Part shown: positions 39,362 through 49,656 of the stretch, piece after piece
Numbering within the stretch: the first letter of the stretch is position 1
How the letters are laid out: each line of letters starts with the position of its first letter
Assembly: GCF_003550015.1 (NCBI RefSeq)
Contig: NZ_QXEV01000004.1
Location: forward strand, 50,728 to 114,727
Length of the DNA stretch: 64,000 bases
Reading direction: 5' to 3'
Origin: Anaeroplasma bactoclasticum
GTDB lineage: Bacteria; Bacillota_I; Bacilli_A; Acholeplasmatales; Anaeroplasmataceae
The notes under the pieces: generated by a model
The model's database searches: none
What the model saw: only the letters and a program-made list of their open reading frames with translations
Told to the model about the DNA's origin: nothing
Made by a program: the position numbers and the translations under genes

Positions 39362-39440
39362 ACGTTTAATTTAAACGAATGTCCTTGTTTAACGTACAGT
39401 AACATAAATATGTGTGCGTTATCTATTTTACAACCTTTTT

Positions 39441-39471
39441 GCAAAAAAGATACGCCCAATTTCTTGAGCGT
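39441..39471 (-). terminator. terminator after dapB
   Basis: ACGCTCAA-gaaa-TTGGGCGT followed by ATCTTTTTT on the minus strand. Confidence 0.5.
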
Positions 39472-39477
39472 AAAATT

Positions 39478-40191
39478 TTATTTTCCACCAAATAAAACAT
39501 CTTCCATATCATAATAGCCAGGTGCTTGTGAAGTAAGCCATTTAGCTGCCTTAATTGCACCTACAGCAAATATCTTTTTTGAGTGAGCAGAATGCTTAAG
39601 GGATAAGATTTCATCTTCTCCGCAGAACAATACCTCATGCTCACCAACAATAGTGCCACCTCTTAAGGAATGGATTCCAACCTCATTTTTACTTCTTGGG
39701 GAGTAGCCATCTCTACCTGCAACTACCTTATAGCCTGTTTCATCTGTAATTGATTTTAATAGCATTTTTGCAGTACCAGATGGAGAATCCACCTTTTTAT
39801 TATGATGTGCTTCTACTACTTCAATATCAAAGGAATCCTTTAATATAGGAGTGACCTCCTTTACTAAACGATTTAATAAGATTACTCCTAAGGAGAAATT
39901 TGCACTTCTTAATACTGGAGCAATCTTAGATAATTCTTCTATTTTCTTAATTTGCTCTTCTGTATAGCCTGTTGTAGCAAATACAACTGGCTTTTTTGTT
40001 TTAGAAACGTAATCTATAATCATATCTAGATTTGCAGGATTTGAAAAATCAATGATACAATCAAAATCTATCTTTGCATCATTTAATGTTTTAGTCTCGC
40101 ATTCCACTGCAACATTTAATGCAAGCTCATCACCTAGCATAGATGAGATTACTTTTCCCATTGCACCATAACCAACGACACATGCCTTCAT
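39478..40191 (-). CDS. dapB: 4-hydroxy-tetrahydrodipicolinate reductase
   Basis: EVVEAHHNKKVDSPSGTA signature. Confidence 0.9.
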   Translation of the reverse strand: MKACVVGYGAMGKVISSMLGDELALNVAVECETKTLNDAKIDFDCIIDFSNPANLDMIIDYVSKTKKPVVFATTGYTEEQIKKIEELSKIAPVLRSANFSLGVILLNRLVKEVTPILKDSFDIEVVEAHHNKKVDSPSGTAKMLLKSITDETGYKVVAGRDGYSPRSKNEVGIHSLRGGTIVGEHEVLFCGEDEILSLKHSAHSKKIFAVGAIKAAKWLTSQAPGYYDMEDVLFGGK

Positions 40192-41075
40192 TAGTAAATT
40201 AGCTCCTTTACTCTTTCGATTTCAGCAATTAATACATCCTTATTATTTGGTGCCATATAATCCAGCGGTGCACGGTATCCACCAACATTGAATCCTAAAT
40301 AATTCATTGCTTCCTTTACAGGAATAGGGTTAACCTCAATAAATAAATCATTGATAAATGGTAATAAATCCATTTGAATTTTATTCGCTTCCTTATACTT
40401 TTCTTCTAAGCATAATTCACAAATCTTTGCAGTTTGTTTAGGGGCAACATTAGCTAAAACAGAAATAACGCCTTCTGCACCAATAGACATCATAGGAACA
40501 ATAATATCATCATTTCCACTTAGCATATGGAAATCCTTATTTAATAATCTAGATACCTTTGCTGCATAGCTCATATTACCAGATGCCTCTTTAATTCCCC
40601 AAATATTAGGATGCTTAGATAATACCTCTAAAGCATGTATAGACATAGACATACCAGTTCTTCCTGGAACATTATACATAATTACAGGACACTTAGCCTC
40701 ATCTGCAACCATAGTAAAATGCTTAATTAAGCCAGATTCATTTGTCTTATTATAATAAGGAGTAATTACAAGTACATAATCTGCACCAAGTAAAGAATAC
40801 TTCTTAGACATTCTTACAGCTTTTTCTGTTTCATTAGAACCAGAACCAACGATTAATGGAACTCTTTTATTCACTCTTTTAACTGAAAATTCAACCATTT
40901 CTGCTTCTTCTTCAAAAGATAGACAAGAAGATTCTCCTGTTGTACCTAAAATAACAATTCCTGAAGAATTATTCTCACAGTGATAATCTAGTAATTCACC
41001 TAACTTATCAAAATCTACATCACCATTTTCCTTAAATGGTGTAACAAGTGCTACAATACTACCCTTTAATTCCAT
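40191..41075 (-). CDS. dapA: 4-hydroxy-tetrahydrodipicolinate synthase
   Basis: DapA/NAL-family TIM barrel (GTTGES..., active-site Lys region). Confidence 0.9.
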   Translation of the reverse strand: MELKGSIVALVTPFKENGDVDFDKLGELLDYHCENNSSGIVILGTTGESSCLSFEEEAEMVEFSVKRVNKRVPLIVGSGSNETEKAVRMSKKYSLLGADYVLVITPYYNKTNESGLIKHFTMVADEAKCPVIMYNVPGRTGMSMSIHALEVLSKHPNIWGIKEASGNMSYAAKVSRLLNKDFHMLSGNDDIIVPMMSIGAEGVISVLANVAPKQTAKICELCLEEKYKEANKIQMDLLPFINDLFIEVNPIPVKEAMNYLGFNVGGYRAPLDYMAPNNKDVLIAEIERVKELIY

Positions 41076-41077
41076 AA

Positions 41078-41893
41078 TTATACCTCCTCATTATAGTCAC
41101 ATTCAAAGACCTCTTTTGCAGGTCCCGTCATATAAACTATTCCTTTCTTTGTTATTTCAATTTTAATTTGTCCAAATTCATTTAATACATTTACTAGTGT
41201 CTTCGTGTAGCCTAACTTTTGGGATGCGACTACCGAAGCTGCTGCTCCACTGCCACTAGCAAGTGTCCAACCAACCCCACGCTCGTAGGTTTTAATTTTA
41301 ATAGTCTCCTTATTTACTATATAAACAAAATCAACATTTGTTTTCTTTCTAAATAAAGGATAATTCGATATGTCTTCTGCATAATCTAAAACAGGTGAAT
41401 CAAAATCATCTAAGAATATTACAGTATGAATATCACTCATAAATAAAGAATGAATTGTAACATATCTATCTTTAACTCTTATAGTTCTTCCAAAGCAATT
41501 TAATTCATCATCAATAGAAAGCATAGAATTATTAAATATAGGCTTACCCATTTCAATCTTACATTGGAATGGATTAGAAGTTAATACCTCGGCTTCTACC
41601 TTACCAATTCCTGTAATAATCTCAAGCTTATTCTTTTTAGAAAGCCCTAAATCATATGCATATTTTGCAAAGCACCTGATTCCATTACCACTCATTGGGC
41701 TTCTAGATCCATCCTTGTTATAAATAATCATCTCTAAAGGATTTTCTTTTACAATAATTAATCCATCGGCACCAATTCCAAGTTTTCTATCACAAATTTT
41801 TTGTGCTAAAGCGGAATAATCCATTACATATGGATCAAATGAAATAAGACAAAAATCATTTCCACATCCATGCATTTTTTTTACATGAATCAT
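41078..41893 (-). CDS. dapF: diaminopimelate epimerase
   Basis: MHGCGNDF N-terminus and paired catalytic Cys. Confidence 0.85.
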   Translation of the reverse strand: MIHVKKMHGCGNDFCLISFDPYVMDYSALAQKICDRKLGIGADGLIIVKENPLEMIIYNKDGSRSPMSGNGIRCFAKYAYDLGLSKKNKLEIITGIGKVEAEVLTSNPFQCKIEMGKPIFNNSMLSIDDELNCFGRTIRVKDRYVTIHSLFMSDIHTVIFLDDFDSPVLDYAEDISNYPLFRKKTNVDFVYIVNKETIKIKTYERGVGWTLASGSGAAASVVASQKLGYTKTLVNVLNEFGQIKIEITKKGIVYMTGPAKEVFECDYNEEV

Positions 41894-41895
41894 AA

Positions 41896-43131
41896 CTACA
41901 CTTCCCTTTCGATTAACTCATCTAATGTTTGTCTTCTAATAGCTAAATAATCCTTACCATCTTCAACAAAAACAACTGCTGGAGTTAATGCTTTATTATA
42001 ATTACTACTCATAGAATATCCATAAGCTCCTGTTGTATAGGTGATTAATAAATCACCCTTTTCTGCCTTAGGAAGATGTGCTCCTTCAATAATTAAATCT
42101 CCACTTTCGCAGCATTTACCTGCAATAGTAACTACTTCTGTTTTTTCTTGATTCTCTTTACCTACAATATCACAATCATATTTTGCTTGATATAATGCTG
42201 GTCTAATATTATCTGTCATACCACCATCAATAAAATAATATTGCTTATTTGGAGTCTTTTTCATATAGCCTATAGTATATAGTGTATAACCAGCCTCAGC
42301 TACAATAGAACGACCTGGTTCAATACATAGCTTTTCAAGCTTAATATTATTTTTCTTTAATGCTGCCTCTGCAGTTTCAATTAAAGTGCGAGAAACTATA
42401 TCAAATGGGATAGGCTTATCATCATTTGTATAATGTACACCAAAGCCTCCACCTAAATTTAATACAAGTGGGAAATCAAAATCCTTTACAATATTTAATA
42501 GCTTCTCTAAAGCTGCCTTAAATGCATCTAAATCAAAGATTTGAGATCCAATATGAGAATGGAAGCCTTTAAAATTTAAATAAGAGCTATTTTTAATTAC
42601 TTCCATCATTTCTTTATAATCGCAAGAATCATATAATACACCAAATTTAGAATCTACATGAGATGTAACAATAAATTTATGTGTATGAGCTTCAACTCCA
42701 ACATTCATACGAATTAAGAAATTTACCTTCTTTTCCTTTTCTTTAGCTATTTCTTCTATCTCATATAATTCCATTAAATTATCGACAACAATCATTCCTA
42801 TATTGTTATCAATTGCATATGATAGCTCATCTACTGTCTTATTATTTCCATGGAAATAAATTCTATCTTTAGGGAAATCAATAGAAAGTGCTGTATATAG
42901 TTCTCCTTTAGATACAACATCTAAGCTCATTCCTTCATTTTTAGCGATTCTTAAGATTTCTTTACAAGAAAATGCCTTAGATGCATATAATACTTCTGTT
43001 TTAAATTCTAAAGATTTAAAATTCTTTAGGTATCCTTCCATATTCTTTTTTAAATGATTGACATCATAAATATATAATGGAGTACCATATTTTTCTTTTA
43101 AAGCTTTAACTGAAACATTTGAAATCTTCAT
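41896..43131 (-). CDS. lysA: diaminopimelate decarboxylase
   Basis: Fold-III PLP decarboxylase (YASKAF, GGGFG, CESGD). Confidence 0.9.
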   Translation of the reverse strand: MKISNVSVKALKEKYGTPLYIYDVNHLKKNMEGYLKNFKSLEFKTEVLYASKAFSCKEILRIAKNEGMSLDVVSKGELYTALSIDFPKDRIYFHGNNKTVDELSYAIDNNIGMIVVDNLMELYEIEEIAKEKEKKVNFLIRMNVGVEAHTHKFIVTSHVDSKFGVLYDSCDYKEMMEVIKNSSYLNFKGFHSHIGSQIFDLDAFKAALEKLLNIVKDFDFPLVLNLGGGFGVHYTNDDKPIPFDIVSRTLIETAEAALKKNNIKLEKLCIEPGRSIVAEAGYTLYTIGYMKKTPNKQYYFIDGGMTDNIRPALYQAKYDCDIVGKENQEKTEVVTIAGKCCESGDLIIEGAHLPKAEKGDLLITYTTGAYGYSMSSNYNKALTPAVVFVEDGKDYLAIRRQTLDELIEREV

Positions 43132-43144
43132 AATAATCCTCCTA

Positions 43145-43358
43145 AAAATGAAAGAAAAAAGAGCGCCTGGCGCTCTTAATTTTAAACTTAAAAAATTGTT
43201 TCATTAGCGCCTCTGCAAAATTGCAGGAGTGATATAAGTATTTCCTATATCCCCATAGTCTATGAATGCCTTCATAGCTATTCGGCAGTGGTTACCTTTC
43301 CTATACTTCACTAGGTGCCCCTTCCATATAGTACTTATTTGCACTGCTACCTCTAATT
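43145..43358 (-). ncRNA. putative lysine riboswitch (L-box) with intrinsic terminator in the lysA-dapFAB leader
   Basis: The leader contains L-box-like elements AGAGGUAGC, AAGUA, GGAAGGGG, GUGAAGUAUAGGAAAGG and GCCGAA. It ends in the hairpin AAGAGCGCC-agg-GGCGCTCTT (43159..43177) plus TTTTTTCTTTCATTTTT, just before the lysA RBS. The upstream AGAGGCGC could form an antiterminator. Confidence 0.5.
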
Positions 43359-43372
43359 ATTTACTTGTACCT

Positions 43373-43401
43373 ATTGTAGCATAAGAAAACATACTTGTAA
43401 A
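43373..43401 (-). promoter_or_regulatory. sigma-A type promoter for the lysA operon (TTTACA-17-TACAAT)
   Basis: Minus-strand read TTTACAagtatgttttcttatgcTACAAT. Confidence 0.5.
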
Positions 43402-43433
43402 GAAAGTATGATATTTTCTTATTTGAAAGCATT

Positions 43434-44336
43434 TTATTTACAATCAGGTACTTCTTTTTCTGAAATATAGAAGAATGCGGAGGCTCCTGGTCCTACATGA
43501 GCTCCTACAACTGGTGAAATTTGATTAATTTCACAATCTACAGGTAATTCTTCTTTCAAATATTCCTTTAATAATTCAACATTTTTAATCTCTGTAGAAT
43601 ATCCAAATTCAAATGGATAATCCTTATTAATTGGTAATCCATTTACACATTCCTTGATTTTAATAAAGGCATGTCTTAATCCTCTTTGTTTAGATATTGG
43701 AGTTAATTTACCTGTTCTATCTAACTGAATTACAGGCTTAAGCTGTAAAATATTACCTACTGTTGCAGATACTCTAGATAATCTTCCTCCACGGAATAGG
43801 TATTCTAGTGTATCTGGTACAGCATAGAAATTAATATGCTTTACCATATAATGAATATCATCTAATACATCTTGGATTGTATCATAAGTATGAGATACTA
43901 ATCTTAATATCATCACTTTAACAGAGCCTAAGGCTGTATGAGAATCTTCTACATAAATTTCTTCTTCATCTAAGGATTCTCTTGCGATATTTGCTGAATT
44001 ATATGTTCCACTTAAAACAGATGAAATAGGAAGTACAACAGGAATATAGCCATCCGCTATTGCACTTTTCATAGCTTCAACAAACATCAAAGGAGATACC
44101 ATAGATGTTTTAATGGAAGAGCCCTTAAAGTGGTTTTTTACCTGCTGAAGTAGGCTTTCCTTCTTTTCATCTTCAAAAACCATTTTATAAAATTCATCTG
44201 TGGTAATATCAATACCATCTAAATAATCTTTCCCTTTATAAGATAGAGTTAACGGTAAGACAGTAACGCCAAGCTTTTTGGCATCCTCTTGGGATATACC
44301 ACATGAGGAATCTGTTATCACTCTAAACTTTACCAT
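43434..44336 (-). CDS. DegV family fatty-acid-binding protein
   Basis: VITDSSCGISQEDAKKLGV N-terminus, typical of DegV. Confidence 0.8.
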   Translation of the reverse strand: MVKFRVITDSSCGISQEDAKKLGVTVLPLTLSYKGKDYLDGIDITTDEFYKMVFEDEKKESLLQQVKNHFKGSSIKTSMVSPLMFVEAMKSAIADGYIPVVLPISSVLSGTYNSANIARESLDEEEIYVEDSHTALGSVKVMILRLVSHTYDTIQDVLDDIHYMVKHINFYAVPDTLEYLFRGGRLSRVSATVGNILQLKPVIQLDRTGKLTPISKQRGLRHAFIKIKECVNGLPINKDYPFEFGYSTEIKNVELLKEYLKEELPVDCEINQISPVVGAHVGPGASAFFYISEKEVPDCK

Positions 44337-44351
44337 AATACATTTCCCCTT

Positions 44352-45353
44352 TTACCAGTATTTCTCGGTCTTTAAGCTTCTACTTAATAAATTATGTAAT
44401 GCTTCTTTTGCAGAAAGCTTTCCTTCAACAACCTTAAATGCTTCATCAATAATTGGTAATTCCAAATTATATTTAATACCAATTTCATGACCAGCATGAA
44501 TTGCACGTACTCCTTCAACAGACTGTACAATAGAGCCCATAGCCTCCTCTACAGTCATTCCACGACCGATTTTTAATCCACATTGGAAGTTTCTAGAATT
44601 TAATGAGGATGCAGTAACAATTAAGTCTCCAATTCCAGAAAGTCCATATACAGTTTCCATTTTTCCGCCTAAGGCTAAAACAATAGATAAAATTTCTTTA
44701 ATTCCTCTAGTGATTAGCATGGCTCTTGCGTTTTCACCAAGACCCATACCACTTGCAACACCGGATACAATCGCAATTGCATTTTTCATTGCGCCACCAG
44801 CTTCAACTCCAATGACATCATCAGATGTATATACTCTCATATATTTTTCATTAGAGAATAATGCTTGTACCTTACAAGCTAAAGCTTCATTTTTAGATGC
44901 AGCAACTAAAGCTGTTGCTTTTCTTAGGATAACCTCTTCTGCATGGCTTGGTCCCGATAAGGCAACATAGCCCATTAGGTTTTTTTCATCAATTTCTTCT
45001 TCTACAATTTCTGATACTCTTAAAGAAGTTTCAGGCTCAATACCTTTACTAACATTAATGAATAAAGTAGGCTTAGTTAATTCCTTATTACATTCTTTAA
45101 GTACCATACGCATAGCCTTTGTAGGTACACATAGTACAACAACATCACTAAAATCTAGTGTTTCTTTTAAATCCAATGTAGCACGAATAGATGATGGGAT
45201 GGACATACCAAAGAATGGATGTACATGCTCAACATTAATCTTTTCTACAAATTCTTTATTGATATCACGAATGACAACTAAATTACCATTGTCTGTTAAG
45301 GTTTGTGCTAAGGTTGTACCCCAAGCACCTCCACCTAATATAGAAACGTTCAT
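44352..45353 (-). CDS. gpsA: NAD(P)H-dependent glycerol-3-phosphate dehydrogenase
   Basis: ILGGGAWGT Rossmann start and GpsA core. Confidence 0.9.
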   Translation of the reverse strand: MNVSILGGGAWGTTLAQTLTDNGNLVVIRDINKEFVEKINVEHVHPFFGMSIPSSIRATLDLKETLDFSDVVVLCVPTKAMRMVLKECNKELTKPTLFINVSKGIEPETSLRVSEIVEEEIDEKNLMGYVALSGPSHAEEVILRKATALVAASKNEALACKVQALFSNEKYMRVYTSDDVIGVEAGGAMKNAIAIVSGVASGMGLGENARAMLITRGIKEILSIVLALGGKMETVYGLSGIGDLIVTASSLNSRNFQCGLKIGRGMTVEEAMGSIVQSVEGVRAIHAGHEIGIKYNLELPIIDEAFKVVEGKLSAKEALHNLLSRSLKTEKYW

Positions 45354-45355
45354 AA

Positions 45356-46681
45356 TTAGTCCCTCTTTCTAAGCTCAATTTTAATAGGTGTTGCAAAGAA
45401 ATCAAAATTCTTACGAATTTGGTTTTCTAAATATCTCTTATAAGAGAAATGTAAGAATTTAGGATCATTAACAAATAAGCTAAATGTAGGAGGTTCAACA
45501 CCAACCTGAGATCCATAGAACACCTTAAGCTTTCCACCATTAAATTCAGATGGTGGGAACATCTGTACTGCATCAATGATTACATCATTGAATACGGATG
45601 TTTGAATTCTTCTATGATATGCTTCATATGCCTGATTGATTGCAGGGAATAGGGTTTGTACTCTTTTATTCTCTTTTGCAGATAAAAATACAATAGGAGC
45701 ATGATCTAAATACTTGTAGTAGCCACGAATATCATCGGTCCACTTTTGCATAGTTTTAGAATCCTTCTCAACTAAATCCCATTTATTCACTACAATAATA
45801 CAAGGCTTATTATATTCTTCAATATATTGACCAACATGTAAATCCTGTTCAATAATACCTGTACCAGCATCTAAAAGTAATAATACAACATCACTTCTAC
45901 CGATAGCATCTACACTTCTTATTACAGAATACTTTTCAATGTTTTCGTATACCTTACCTCTTTTTCTTAGGCCGGCAGTATCAATTGCAACATATTCCTT
46001 TTCATATGCTCTAAAGCGAGTATCAATAGAATCTCTTGTTGTACCTTCAATAGGAGATACAATTACTCGATTATCATTTAATAGAGCATTTGTTAAAGAA
46101 GACTTACCAACATTAGGTCTACCAATCATACAAAAATGAATAGCATCATCCTTTTCTTCTTCACTCTTTTTAGGTAAGGATTCTAATACTAAATCTAATA
46201 AATTACCAGTACCAATACCATGAGAGGAAGAAACAGGAATAGGTTCACCTAATCCAAGTGCATAAAAATCATAAATGTTTTCTCTAAATTTTTGGTCATC
46301 TACTTTGTTTACAGCAAGAATAACCGGTTTGTTTGTTCTATATAAAAGCTTTGCAATATATGTATCATCATCTGTTACTCCGCTACGACAATCAACCACG
46401 AAAATAATGACGTCTGCCTCTTCCATTGCGATTTCAGCTTGTGCCTTTATTTCTGTTAAAAAGGGAGCATCTCCTAGTTCAATGCCCCCTGTATCAATCA
46501 GGAAAAATTCCTTTGAAAGCCAGGTTGCCTTAGAATAAATTCTGTCCCTTGTAACACCTGGTTGATCATCAGTAATGGATAATCTAGTACCAATGATACG
46601 ATTAAATAATGTAGATTTACCAACATTAGGTCTACCTACAATCGCTACCTTAGGTAACATAGTATTCACCACCAATTTCAA
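45356..46681 (-). CDS. der: GTPase Der (EngA)
   Basis: Two tandem G domains (GRPNVGKST twice) and a KH-like C-terminus. Confidence 0.9.
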   Translation of the reverse strand: MKLVVNTMLPKVAIVGRPNVGKSTLFNRIIGTRLSITDDQPGVTRDRIYSKATWLSKEFFLIDTGGIELGDAPFLTEIKAQAEIAMEEADVIIFVVDCRSGVTDDDTYIAKLLYRTNKPVILAVNKVDDQKFRENIYDFYALGLGEPIPVSSSHGIGTGNLLDLVLESLPKKSEEEKDDAIHFCMIGRPNVGKSSLTNALLNDNRVIVSPIEGTTRDSIDTRFRAYEKEYVAIDTAGLRKRGKVYENIEKYSVIRSVDAIGRSDVVLLLLDAGTGIIEQDLHVGQYIEEYNKPCIIVVNKWDLVEKDSKTMQKWTDDIRGYYKYLDHAPIVFLSAKENKRVQTLFPAINQAYEAYHRRIQTSVFNDVIIDAVQMFPPSEFNGGKLKVFYGSQVGVEPPTFSLFVNDPKFLHFSYKRYLENQIRKNFDFFATPIKIELRKRD

Positions 46682-46692
46682 TATGTTTTAAA

Positions 46693-48069
46693 TTACTTCT
46701 TTAATTCGTCAGCAACTACATCACCGATAGTAGTTGTAGCTTCTTCACTAGTCATATGCTTAGCATATTCCTTTTCAAATTCAGCTCTCTTAACACGCTT
46801 AATAGATAATCTTAATTTCCATTCCTTTGGATTAATTTCGATAATCTCAGCAGTTTCCTTATCGCCTACATTGAAATATTTAGTTAAATCATCAATTCTT
46901 TCTGTTGATGCTTCAGACATTGGAACGAATCCATCAACACCTAAAGCACTAACTCTTAAGCCTCTTGGTACGATTTCGTTAACAGTTACTTCAACCTTAT
47001 CGCCAACCTTAGCATTAACATCCTTCCAAGGATTATCCATTAATGCCTTTCTAGATAGACCAATTCTTTCCTTTTCTTTATCTAATGTTAAAATAGCAAC
47101 CTCAACCTCATCACCAATCTTAACATAGCTTGCATAATTATCATTAGGGTTATGAGAATATTCACTTCTATGTAATAAGCCCTTAACCTTTGGTGCAACC
47201 TCAATTAATAAGCCTGCAGGTAGCTTATTTGCAACAGTACCCTTAATAGTCTCGCCAACAGTATGTGCTTCTGCAAATAACTCAAAGCTAGACTTAACTA
47301 AAGCCTTTCTAGATAACTCAAGCTTATTGTTTTCCTTAGTTAATACCTTAACCTCAATTTCATCACCAACATTTAATTCCTTAGTGATATCAATAAAGTC
47401 ATGAGATACCTCAGATACCTTTAATAGGCCAGTAACAAAATTAAATTTAACTAATGCACCATATTTTTCAACCTTGATGATTGTACCCTTTAATACATCA
47501 CCAACATTAATCTTTTCGTATTCAGCTTGACGGTTTGCCTGATATTCATCCTGCTCAACAGCCTTACGAGATACAACAAGCTTCTTTCTAGATTCTTCAA
47601 CCTCGATAATCTTAACATCGATAGCTTCACCAACCTTAGCTGAACCAGCTAATGACTTTGGTAAGAAAGCCTGTACTCCATTATACTTACATACAAAACC
47701 AGCATTATTTGCTGCTTCAGATACTACAGTAACCTTAATTACCTCATCAGTTCCTTTTAAGCCTTCAAATGCTTTAAATTCTTCATCAGCTAGCTGATTT
47801 AGGTGAGATAAGTAAATATGGTCTTCATTTACACTTGTAACTGTAGCCTCAATAGTATCACCTACATTAACTAAGCCATTGAAGGATGTTACATTCTTAT
47901 CCTTAGTAAAGTGATCTAAATGCATAATACCTTCTGTAAAAGTACCTAAAGATACTGCGATTGTTTTATCATCAACGATGGAAACAATTTCACCAGTAAC
48001 CTTATCTCCCTTTTTAATTTTCTTTCCAAAGCTCTCTTCTAGCATACTTGCGAAATCATTATTTTCCAT
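46693..48069 (-). CDS. rpsA: 30S ribosomal protein S1-like, four S1 domains
   Basis: Repeated S1 OB-fold units; located downstream of cmk as in Firmicutes. Confidence 0.75.
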   Translation of the reverse strand: MENNDFASMLEESFGKKIKKGDKVTGEIVSIVDDKTIAVSLGTFTEGIMHLDHFTKDKNVTSFNGLVNVGDTIEATVTSVNEDHIYLSHLNQLADEEFKAFEGLKGTDEVIKVTVVSEAANNAGFVCKYNGVQAFLPKSLAGSAKVGEAIDVKIIEVEESRKKLVVSRKAVEQDEYQANRQAEYEKINVGDVLKGTIIKVEKYGALVKFNFVTGLLKVSEVSHDFIDITKELNVGDEIEVKVLTKENNKLELSRKALVKSSFELFAEAHTVGETIKGTVANKLPAGLLIEVAPKVKGLLHRSEYSHNPNDNYASYVKIGDEVEVAILTLDKEKERIGLSRKALMDNPWKDVNAKVGDKVEVTVNEIVPRGLRVSALGVDGFVPMSEASTERIDDLTKYFNVGDKETAEIIEINPKEWKLRLSIKRVKRAEFEKEYAKHMTSEEATTTIGDVVADELKK

Positions 48070-48727
48070 TTTTATTCAACCTCTCATCAATTAATCTTAA
48101 AATTTCTTGGCAAACCTCATCAATAGACATATTGGTTGTATCTACCAAGATTGCATCGTCCGCTTGCTTAAGTGGAGCGATTGCTCTATGGGAATCCTTA
48201 TAATCCCTAGCCTTGATTTCTTCAAGGATTGTATTAAAATCTGATTCAACACCTAAAGTCTTATTTTCTAAGCATCTTCTTTTGGCTCTTTCTTCAGGAG
48301 TTGCTGTTAAAAATACCTTTAAATCTGCATCAGGGAAAACTACAGTTCCGATGTCTCTACCATCCATAAGAATATTTCCATAATTTCTACATCCTCTTTG
48401 GAAGTCAACCATCTTATCTCGAACTGCTTTTACTCTTGATACAGCTGAGGCATTATTTGTTACCTCAGATGTACGGATAAATCCACTTACATCTTCGCCG
48501 TTTAAAAATACCTTTCCGTCTTTATAAACAACATCAATTTCGTCGATGAAGGAATATTCATTTTCATTCTCTACATCAATTTTTCTTTTCAACGCCTCTA
48601 AAGTAACTGCACGATACATTGCTCCCGTATCAATATGTGTAAAGCCAAGCTTTTCACATACAAGCTTTGATATGGAAGACTTTCCACTTCCTGCAGGTCC
48701 ATCAATGGCAACAACAAAATTTTTCAT
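48059..48727 (-). CDS. cmk: cytidylate kinase
   Basis: IDGPAGSGKSS P-loop, Cmk family. Confidence 0.9.
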   Translation of the reverse strand: MKNFVVAIDGPAGSGKSSISKLVCEKLGFTHIDTGAMYRAVTLEALKRKIDVENENEYSFIDEIDVVYKDGKVFLNGEDVSGFIRTSEVTNNASAVSRVKAVRDKMVDFQRGCRNYGNILMDGRDIGTVVFPDADLKVFLTATPEERAKRRCLENKTLGVESDFNTILEEIKARDYKDSHRAIAPLKQADDAILVDTTNMSIDEVCQEILRLIDERLNKNGK

Positions 48728-48786
48728 ATTTCAGTCCAATCCTCTACTTGTTCTATTTTATCACAAAATATTATATTTTGTAAATG

Positions 48787-49527
48787 CTACAGACTATATA
48801 ATTTCTTTATTTCATGTGGTTTTAAAGGTCTATATTCTCCCACACCTAGTCCATCTAAAGTAACTCCACCAAAGGAAACTCTTTTTAGCTTTTTTACCTC
48901 AAAGCCAACCGTCTCACACATTTTTCTTACCTGACGATTTCTTCCTTCTGTAATTGTAATTGTTAAAAGGGAGGAGTCATTCTTTTTATTCAATTCCAAA
49001 ATCTGTACCTTTGCTCTTTTCGTCATTACTCCATCAATCATAACGCCCTTAATAAGCTTAGTTACAGCAGGCTGATCAATAATACCAGAAACTCTAACCT
49101 GATATTCCTTTTCTACTTCCTTTTGACTCTTTGTTAAACGATAAGATAAATCACCATCATTTGTAAGTAAAAGCACACCTGATGTATCATAATCTAATCG
49201 TCCTATAGGAAATACTCTAGTCTTTTTTGTTTCAGGATCTAATAAATCCATAACAGTTCTTCTACCTAAAGAATCACTAACAGTTGTAAGATATCCTGTA
49301 GGCTTATTTAAAACATAGTATACATGTTCTTGCTTAAATAAGATTTTTCCATCTACTTCAATGATATCTTTTTTACCTACCTTAGTGCCGAGCTCAGTCA
49401 CTTTAACTCCATTCACCTTAACTCTACCTTCGGTAATTATTTCTTCGCACTTTCTTCTAGATGCTACTCCACAAGAAGCCATAACCTTTTGAAGTCTTTC
49501 TTTATTATCATCCACGACAATCACCAA
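48787..49527 (-). CDS. rluB: RsuA/RluB-family pseudouridine synthase
   Basis: S4 domain (ERLQKVMASCGVASRRKCEEII) plus catalytic GRLDYDTSGVLL. The exact start is uncertain (TTG or GTG near 49519..49527). Confidence 0.8.
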   Translation of the reverse strand: MVIVVDDNKERLQKVMASCGVASRRKCEEIITEGRVKVNGVKVTELGTKVGKKDIIEVDGKILFKQEHVYYVLNKPTGYLTTVSDSLGRRTVMDLLDPETKKTRVFPIGRLDYDTSGVLLLTNDGDLSYRLTKSQKEVEKEYQVRVSGIIDQPAVTKLIKGVMIDGVMTKRAKVQILELNKKNDSSLLTITITEGRNRQVRKMCETVGFEVKKLKRVSFGGVTLDGLGVGEYRPLKPHEIKKLYSL

Positions 49528-49656
49528 TCCTTTGCTTCAAAACATATAAACGTTTATAGTATACCATAAAGAAATCCCATTTACCATTACAAAATCCATA
49601 TTTAAAACGCTATTTTATTATGTTATAATAAGAAGCTGAACGGAGGTATTATAATT

